7,640 nucleotides of DNA from an uncultured archaeon (GTDB lineage: Archaea > Asgardarchaeota > Lokiarchaeia > Sigyniarchaeales > Promethearchaeaceae). Location: positions 1 to 7,640 of the forward strand of contig CAYRPF010000040.1 in the NCBI GenBank assembly GCA_964426185.1. The letters run 5' to 3'. A model generated the notes under the pieces. The model was not told where the DNA came from. It made no database searches and worked only from the letters and a program-made list of their open reading frames with translations. Each line of letters begins with the position of its first letter. The first letter of the stretch is position 1. Of the stretch, positions 1-6,144 are shown piece by piece. Position numbers and translations under genes: made by a program.

Positions 1-41
1 TATTCATGTTCGGCTCGGATTTGGGATAAGGATTTTTTCAT
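1..41 (-). CDS. 5' end of a probable CDS running off the left edge (MKKSLSQIRAEHE...)
   Basis: ATG at 41-39 with AAGTGA SD-like element (52-47) 5 nt upstream. The frame is open to the window edge. The last partial codon TA(N) could be Tyr or stop, so length and product are unknown. Confidence 0.5.
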   Translation of the reverse strand, partial: MKKSLSQIRAEHE

Positions 42-77
42 TTTTTTCACTTTTTAATGGTTTAGTTTTGAGTTTGT

Positions 78-86
78 AAAAAAAAA
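78..86 (-). terminator. Oligo-U (U9) archaeal-type terminator candidate downstream of the 24-aa leader ORF
   Basis: A9 run on + strand (78-86) is U9 on the minus strand, about 22 nt after the TAG of the 182-108 ORF. Confidence 0.4.
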
Positions 87-107
87 GGTAGTAATTCAGG
101 AGATGAA

Positions 108-182
108 CTAAAAGGCGGCTAATCTGGTTTCAAATCGGACTTTGAAGCAGATATTTTTTAGGTTTTCTAATTTTCGATTCAT
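108..182 (-). CDS. Small ORF / putative leader peptide, 24 aa MNRKLENLKNICFKVRFETRLAAF
   Basis: Manually translated: ATG 182-180, TAG 110-108. AAGTGA SD-like element at 194-189. The initiation region shares the 13-mer AAAAAGTGAAAAA with that of the downstream ORF at 41. TATA-like boxes lie upstream. Confidence 0.5.
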   Translation of the reverse strand: MNRKLENLKNICFKVRFETRLAAF

Positions 183-204
183 AATTTTTCACTTTTTTAT
201 CATG

Positions 205-246
205 AGTGTGTATTACAATTATATAATAGTGTGTATCATATTTAAA
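205..246 (-). promoter_or_regulatory. Promoter/operator region: direct repeat AGTGTGTAT x2 flanking a TATA-like palindrome
   Basis: AGTGTGTAT at 205-213 and 228-236 (23-bp period). Perfect palindrome ATTATATAAT at 218-227. Second TATA candidate TTTAAATA on the minus strand at 246-239. Confidence 0.5.
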
Positions 247-785
247 GGTTTGTAATTTTATGTAAAAATATTACATATTATTGAAGTAAGCTTTGGAACC
301 CAAAAATGTTCAAATTTATCATATATGCGGATTAAATGTTATTAATTTGAAAAATTCCATCAAAACTAGGAATTTTGGCGCATAATAAGAAATCATTAAC
401 ATGAATTCGAAGATTTTTCTTTGTATACTTAAACATTATTACGCAAATTTCAAATTTTTTCATGAATTCTTACACATTAATTTTGTAGAACTTTCAAAAA
501 ACCCTCCATTGTCCACCAAAAATTCATAATCCATCATTATAATATAGTGTTGTAGGATTTCAATATAACTAAGCAACAAAAAGTTGATATGCATAATGGA
601 TAGAATTGGCATAAAAACTAAACACAATCATGCTCATGGTGGTACAGATTGAATTTCACATTGATAAATCACAAAAGATAACAAAAAACTTGGGTTTATT
701 AAAAGAAAGAACAATTTAAAACAATTTTTTCTATTCCGTAAAATTCTTATGCGTTGCTTCGGAAAAGCATGAAGAATGGGAACAT

Positions 786-802
786 AGAATTAAATTTATA
801 TA
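786..802 (+). promoter_or_regulatory. Archaeal promoter (purine-rich BRE-like + TATA box) for the 5S rRNA gene
   Basis: TTTATATA at 795-802 preceded by AGAATTAAA. The box is centred about 25 nt upstream of the 5S 5' end (823). Confidence 0.7.
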
Positions 803-822
803 TTATAACATATTGTTTCACT

Positions 823-945
823 TACTTTTCGGTCATAGCACCCGGAAACCATCTGTTCCCTTTCCGAACACAGAAATTAAGACGGGCCGCGTTGCAGTTA
901 AGTAGTGATATCTCAAATATCGCGAACCTGCGAATCTGAAAAGTA
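823..945 (+). rRNA. rrf: 5S ribosomal RNA (stand-alone, about 123 nt)
   Basis: Helix I TACTTTTCGG (823-832) pairs with CTGAAAAGTA (936-945). Helix II CCCG 841-844 / CGGG 883-886. Helix III TCTG / CAGA. Loop C region TTCCC-TTTCCGAACACAGAAATTAAG. Helix V TTGCAG 892-897 / CTGCGA 928-933. Loop E AGTA 901-904 / GAA 924-926. Helix IV GTGATAT 905-911 / ATATCGC 917-923. Confidence 0.96.
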
Positions 946-948
946 TTA

Positions 949-960
949 TTCTCTTTTTCT
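949..960 (+). terminator. Pyrimidine/oligo-T terminator of the 5S rRNA gene
   Basis: TTCTCTTTTTCT immediately after helix I closes. Confidence 0.6.
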
Positions 961-1128
961 ATAATTCTTAATCTGGCAGTCAAAATATTCTTTTACTCAG
1001 ATAGATTGCCCTTAGTATTAATAGGTATTATAACGGTAAGAAAAAGTTTGAAAAATAAATCTACCAAATATTTCAAGCAAGATTAGGGCAAAACCAGCAG
1101 TTAAAATTTACTATGTGATTATTTTTTC

Positions 1129-1740
1129 TTAATTTAAAGAGGGATCAATACCGTATACTGTCACATTAGTGGGAGCAGAGAGTTCACCTGAAAATTTTAT
1201 AGCACCAGTCAATTGAACCAAGTGAGCGGGTAAATCTGAAAGTTCTTGATTTTCAGCAGAGGGTAAAGGTTTTGCGTAGAAAATAACACTAACGACTTCA
1301 TTTTTTGGATTTGCAGATTTATCAGGGTTGTTTGAGGAACTAGCAATTTGAGTTTCGGAAGGTTCTGATTCCAAGTTACTTTCATTTCCAGGATTTTCGG
1401 ATAAATCTATTTGGAAATAGGGTTTTCCTTCCAATTTCGAGGGAGGTATATCCATTTTCACGAATAAATATTGAAGTTCATCCACATATTCATCCTCGTC
1501 TTCATCGTCTTCATCGTCATCCCCGTCTTCATTATCTTCTCGATCTTCTTCAATATTCTCAGCAAGAAGAGACTGGATCACATTTAAGCCATAAATTGTT
1601 TCGCTGTCCATGCCCACGATTAGGTCGATTTCAAATTCTTCATCATCGTAAAAACTCAACATCAGTCCAACTTCTTCGCCATACTTTTCAGAGAAGTATG
1701 AAAAGAAGGCGTCCGACTCTTCTCTTTCACTTTCAAACAT
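1129..1740 (-). CDS. Hypothetical acidic protein (203 aa) with a D/E-rich low-complexity tract
   Basis: Long ORF with GAGGA SD upstream of ATG 1740. Beta-strand-like hydrophobic segments alternate with an acidic tract (residues ~61-88) and an S/N/E-rich linker. No family recognised. Confidence 0.8.
   Translation of the reverse strand: MFESEREESDAFFSYFSEKYGEEVGLMLSFYDDEEFEIDLIVGMDSETIYGLNVIQSLLAENIEEDREDNEDGDDDEDDEDEDEYVDELQYLFVKMDIPPSKLEGKPYFQIDLSENPGNESNLESEPSETQIASSSNNPDKSANPKNEVVSVIFYAKPLPSAENQELSDLPAHLVQLTGAIKFSGELSAPTNVTVYGIDPSLN
1496..1518. repeat. Short tandem repeat (TCGTCTTCA) x ~2.5 within the acidic tract
   Basis: Directly visible. Encodes part of the DDDEDDED stretch on the minus strand. 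Confidence 0.6.
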
Positions 1741-1938
1741 TAATATTCCTCAAATTATTTGACGATGCAATGAACGATACGATCACTTGCACTTATCTCT
1801 GAGAAACTCACCTTCAATAAAAACAATTTGAATCCATAGATTTAATTTCAAAGTGCACCTTTGCCACCCAGTAAAAAACATGAAATCACTCTCTTCTGCT
1901 CCACAAACAACTGAAAAAAAGATCAAAAAGGAACAACT

Positions 1939-3261
1939 ATGAAAAAATCAAGCAAAGATTGGCGGCGAGAATTTAAGAGTTTGAACCACAATGTAAAAGC
2001 TTTGCTGTATTTCACGCTGACCCAATCGATTGGCCGGGGTATTTGGGCAGGAAATGTGCTATCTACCTTTATTTATTTACTGGCAGATAATTCCAATGAG
2101 ATTCTAGGGTGGACTTCTGGTGCTACAGGAATAATGATGACCTTAGTGGTGTTTCCGGCAGGTGCCTTGGCAGATAGATTTCGAAGAGATTGGATTTTGT
2201 ATTCCGCAGCCATTATTGGTATAATTGGTATGTTTTTCCTCATTTTTGCCAACACAATTTATTTTGTGGTGATTGCCTTACTATTTTGGGGATTTTATCA
2301 AGGGTTGACCCGTCCTGCTTTAGAATCCCTTTTTGCAGATTCAGTTCCGAGTGGAAATCGTTCCCGGATTTATTCCATTCGTCAATTTATCCAGCAAGTA
2401 GGAATGACAGTAGGTCCCTTGGTGAATATCATATTATTCTCAATTTTTGGAGATAATTGGCACATCTCGATTTTAAAGAACATAATGCTAGTGGGAATTG
2501 CATTTTCGTTTATTTCCTTGATTTTGATGTTTTTCTTTAGCGACAACCATTCACTTGGTGTTAAAAGTGATGCTATAAATATAAATTTCCAAAAAGCCGA
2601 AGATATATCAATTCAAAAGAATAAAAAGAACAATCTCCAAGAAGAAATAACTGGAAAAAGACACACAGCTAAACACTTTTCTTTAAATCCCAAAATCATA
2701 CCATATGTTTTAGTAAGCTCGAATATCATTATTGGATTAGGTGCTGGCATGTCAATAAAGTTTTTCCCCATTTTCTTCATGGAAATATACGGAATGCGCC
2801 CGATTTTGGTGCAAATAATCATGGGAATCACCTTTTTGACTACTGGAATTATGGGTTTAATTGCACAGCATTTTTCAAAAGCAAAAGGTCGGGCTCAAAT
2901 TATTTTTTCAGTGCAAGGATTGGCAACTCTCTGTTTATTTCTAATTGCTTTTTACCCTCCGGAGATTATATTGATAATTATTTTTATTTTAAGGGGTTCC
3001 TTAATGAATGCCGCCCAACCTCTTAGTCGTTCCATTTTGATGGATATTATACCTAAAAAAAAGCGGGGAAAATGGAATTCCATCGAATCCTTGGCTTGGG
3101 GGTTGTTTTGGAATGCTTCAGCAGTAGTCGGAGGATATCTGATCGGATCTGGGAATAATTTCCGGTTGAATTTTTTGGTTACGGGGGGAATATATTTAAT
3201 TAGCACCCTTCCATTGTTATTGCTCTTTAAAACGGTGGATGAAGAGAAAGAGAAAAAATAG
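1939..3261 (+). CDS. Major facilitator superfamily (MFS) transporter, substrate unknown
   Basis: 440 aa with about 12 hydrophobic segments in two halves and a hydrophilic central loop. Motif-A-like GALADRFRRD after TM2 and its echo AQHFSKAKGRA in the C-half. Also ADSVPSGNRSR / DIIPKKKRGK and VGPLV. Confidence 0.93.
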   Translation: MKKSSKDWRREFKSLNHNVKALLYFTLTQSIGRGIWAGNVLSTFIYLLADNSNEILGWTSGATGIMMTLVVFPAGALADRFRRDWILYSAAIIGIIGMFFLIFANTIYFVVIALLFWGFYQGLTRPALESLFADSVPSGNRSRIYSIRQFIQQVGMTVGPLVNIILFSIFGDNWHISILKNIMLVGIAFSFISLILMFFFSDNHSLGVKSDAININFQKAEDISIQKNKKNNLQEEITGKRHTAKHFSLNPKIIPYVLVSSNIIIGLGAGMSIKFFPIFFMEIYGMRPILVQIIMGITFLTTGIMGLIAQHFSKAKGRAQIIFSVQGLATLCLFLIAFYPPEIILIIIFILRGSLMNAAQPLSRSILMDIIPKKKRGKWNSIESLAWGLFWNASAVVGGYLIGSGNNFRLNFLVTGGIYLISTLPLLLLFKTVDEEKEKK

Positions 3262-3708
3262 AGAATTAGAAATAAAATAATTAATTATCTTCCAAACATC
3301 GTCAGAATCTACTGATTCGTTTGACAACATAAAGGGAAATTCGATGAATTTTAAAATTCAAGGATCAATTTGGATATTCCTTTTTTTTATCCTATCTTGT
3401 TAATTTTCATTCTATTTATATATTTGAAGAATAACATCTGTTAAAACGAAGAATAAGTTGCCTTTTTGCATAAGAATCTTCTATTAGATATTTTCCACAA
3501 AGTTTTTATCACATTAAAAATTCGAATTTATATGGTAGGTCGCCATTTAAAGAATCTAATTTTTGGTTTTAATCGGCTCGATAATCATCATCAAATTTTT
3601 CAATTGTATCACACTTACAGTAAGGCTTTAAAAATATTCCTCAAATTTAGAAATCAATTTTTTTTGAATAGATCTCTTTCAGCATCGGCGAGATTAATTG
3701 CCGAAGAA

Positions 3709-4509
3709 TTAATTGTAGCCAGGAGCGGGCGGTCGATAGCGCCAAATTCCATTAAACACCAGAACAATCCCTTCAAATACTAAAATAATCCCTGCAAAAT
3801 AGTAAAAACACGCTGTAACTCCCAACAATAATTTAATCACTGCAATCCAAATTGGAACTTCTCCCATCGAATACCGATTTACAAAATACCGCAGGATGAA
3901 GAAATCAACCAATAAAGCGCCCCAAGCCAAATAATAGTAAATCATTAAAGCTTCTGGAGATTCTAACAAAAATAGGTTTCTGACAATCAAAATAATAAAT
4001 CCTAAACCGGAAGCAAATTTATTTCCAAAATCATACAGAATCTCACGAAAAGTTTTGTTATATCTCCAGGCAAAAACGGCTCGATCAGTCAAAGCAATTA
4101 CCATTACAATCAATCCTTTAATCAACAGATAAATTCCAACTAGCCACCCAAAAATGCATCCCAATAAGCCGAAAAATACGAAATCTATCCCATAATTGGC
4201 TAAATCCCGCCTGATAATCTTCTGGGACGCATAGAATAGGTCGTATAGGAATAAACTGAAACCTACAAAAACCGGAATTAGCTTGCCGATTAATACTCGC
4301 GGAAAATCGGGAATTGAATCAGATTGAGATACATATCTTAATAAAATGATTAAAAGCATCACCAGCGTATGAATTGCGGTAAAGGTTATAGTGGTGAGAT
4401 TCATGCGGGCAAAGTAAGAATATCGAGGATCCAAAAAGGGGGGATTTTCTTCAGCAATGTATCGGTCATCACGCCTTCTTCCAAAGAAAGTATTATTAAA
4501 ATCAACCAT
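3709..4509 (-). CDS. Hypothetical polytopic membrane protein (266 aa, ~8 TM, two-fold internal repeat)
   Basis: Long ORF with multiple hydrophobic helices and GAGTGAT SD at 4524-4518. No family recognised. Confidence 0.85.
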   Translation of the reverse strand: MVDFNNTFFGRRRDDRYIAEENPPFLDPRYSYFARMNLTTITFTAIHTLVMLLIILLRYVSQSDSIPDFPRVLIGKLIPVFVGFSLFLYDLFYASQKIIRRDLANYGIDFVFFGLLGCIFGWLVGIYLLIKGLIVMVIALTDRAVFAWRYNKTFREILYDFGNKFASGLGFIILIVRNLFLLESPEALMIYYYLAWGALLVDFFILRYFVNRYSMGEVPIWIAVIKLLLGVTACFYYFAGIILVFEGIVLVFNGIWRYRPPAPGYN

Positions 4510-4574
4510 GAGTAAAAATCACTCTAGCACAATATTAGTGGGATTAATAATAAGGATTTTCTGTGAAGATCTTA

Positions 4575-6101
4575 TTAATTCTTGAATACCAAACTTTTCT
4601 TTATTATGGGAAAAGCTTTTTTTTCTCCTTGATTCAAAGGCGCCCCGATGTCCACCCAATCTCCAGTTTCCAAGTCCAGCTCATCAAGACAAATCAATTT
4701 GGGTATTGTTGTTTCCCTTTTTATTTTCAATCCGAATACTTTACCTCCATCTTTTCCCAGAATGACTAGAAGGGGCATATCATTTTTTATCAAATTAGGC
4801 AACGAATACTCAAGACTTTTAGCTAAAGGTGTAAGAATCGGCTGAACCAACCACTCTTCTAAATAAATGGCAAACAAATCTTTACCTTCCACAAGATTGA
4901 AGTTTTCAAGTGCTTTATGGAGCGTTTCCTTAAAATACTCATGATACTGCGAAAAAAAGAATTTATTGTAATCCAAATCGATGGGAACGATTGGGATATT
5001 TTCTAGCGGAAATTCGATTGATTCATCATAATAACAAGTAGAACCAGAAACGGATAAAGAAAAGGCACCGGCTCCGATTACAGTAGCCCTGATCTTATTT
5101 TCGGGTTCGATTAATTTAAGATTATATTTCTTGATGAGAGAATAAATCTCGAATGCCAGGTAATATCCAATATCGTTAAAGGGATTTACATTAACTTTTT
5201 TAGGTTGGGACTTAACATTTTCTTCTATTTCAAGATCCTCGCGGTAAATTTGATAGATAAATTCAGCTACACCTCCAGAAAAGGAGTAGAAATCAACCGA
5301 TCGGTTGATCGAATTGAATTCGATATCTTTAGTCATCATTAGCGATCTGCTAATCTCCGATTTTGCCGATCCACGCATTACTTCTAATAGCGCTTGTGCC
5401 AATTCCTTGACTATTTTCATCAAATCTGATTTAGAAATGATATCTCCGATAGTATATTTCATCTGAAGGCATTTGATCACCTTTTTTGCCGGTTCGTCAA
5501 TTCTCCATATCTTAAAATCTTCACCATCTTCATCATTTTCATAAATCCCGAGAATTCTACCTCCCACATTAATGCATGAAGTGCTAATCACCTTTCCTTG
5601 AGAAGCAATCGCAATATTGCTGGTTCCGCCTCCAATATCTATGTTCATAATGGTTTTATTTATTTCCTTCGTTTTTTCGAGCATTCCGCCGCCCATTATT
5701 CCCAACATTGACTCGAAATTAGGGCCTGCCGTCGCGCTTACGAATTTCCCTGTGGTTTTCGCCAGATGTTTCACAATTTCCTGGGCATTACTCTTTTTTG
5801 CGGTTTCCCCCGTAACGATTACAGCCCCGGTATCGACCATCTCAGGAGTAATATGTGCATTTTCATACTCTTTTTTGAAAAAATCGACTAATTTGGGGAT
5901 ATTTATGGTATTTTCATCGATTAAAGGAGTGAATATGATTTTTCCCTCATAGATGATTTCTCTTTCGCCAACCTTGAAACGATTTGTTTTGTTGGAAAAA
6001 TCTAATTCCCGATTGAGAGTTAAACGGGAAAAAATCAAATGAGAAGTTGAACTACCGACATCTATGCCTACGCTTAAAATCTTCAAGGTATTTATTTCCA
6101 T
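4575..6101 (-). CDS. eutA: EutA-family ethanolamine ammonia-lyase reactivating factor (ASKHA/actin-like ATPase)
   Basis: Family motifs ILSVGIDVGSSTSHLIFSRL, GAVIVTGET, FVSATAGPNFES, NIDIGGGTSN, CINVGGR, FSGGVAE, IRATVIGAG and C-terminal PIIKKSLVF. Confidence 0.92.
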   Translation of the reverse strand: MEINTLKILSVGIDVGSSTSHLIFSRLTLNRELDFSNKTNRFKVGEREIIYEGKIIFTPLIDENTINIPKLVDFFKKEYENAHITPEMVDTGAVIVTGETAKKSNAQEIVKHLAKTTGKFVSATAGPNFESMLGIMGGGMLEKTKEINKTIMNIDIGGGTSNIAIASQGKVISTSCINVGGRILGIYENDEDGEDFKIWRIDEPAKKVIKCLQMKYTIGDIISKSDLMKIVKELAQALLEVMRGSAKSEISRSLMMTKDIEFNSINRSVDFYSFSGGVAEFIYQIYREDLEIEENVKSQPKKVNVNPFNDIGYYLAFEIYSLIKKYNLKLIEPENKIRATVIGAGAFSLSVSGSTCYYDESIEFPLENIPIVPIDLDYNKFFFSQYHEYFKETLHKALENFNLVEGKDLFAIYLEEWLVQPILTPLAKSLEYSLPNLIKNDMPLLVILGKDGGKVFGLKIKRETTIPKLICLDELDLETGDWVDIGAPLNQGEKKAFPIIKKSLVFKN

Positions 6102-6144
6102 ATTGCTTTCCTAATATTAAAAGAGAGTAAAAAAAGTTGCCAAT

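Noticed and set aside
250-780. Long AT-rich spacer with CATGAATTC at 400 and 461 and tiny ORFs at 596 and 630; considered CRISPR, replication origin or sORFs
   Set aside because: The repeats are too short and irregular, no ORB-like G-string was seen, and the tiny ORFs lack an SD.
754-939. 61-aa plus-strand ORF
   Set aside because: It overlaps the 5S rRNA gene and its promoter, so it is spurious.
1741-1881. Minus-strand ATG 1881 (GAGTGAT upstream) in frame with the acidic protein through two TGA codons (1785-1783 and 1752-1750; ...DKCK*), suggesting selenocysteine readthrough or a 32-aa ORF
   Set aside because: The second TGA is part of the GAGGA SD of ATG 1740. No redox-fold context or SECIS was recognised, and the region must house divergent promoters. 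Likely chance.
1596-3206. Short ORFs 1596-1802, 2073-2255, 2190-2456, 2613-2831 and 2952-3206
   Set aside because: Antisense or alternate-frame shadows of the acidic protein and MFS genes, with no recognisable motifs.
1742-3647. Exact 15-mer AATATTCCTCAAATT at 1742-1756 and 3633-3647
   Set aside because: A single AT-rich match plausibly expected by chance. The second copy has no start codon or element structure associated with it.
3466-3783. 105-aa plus-strand ORF
   Set aside because: TTG start without SD, composition typical of translated AT-rich spacer, and 75 bp antisense overlap with the membrane gene.
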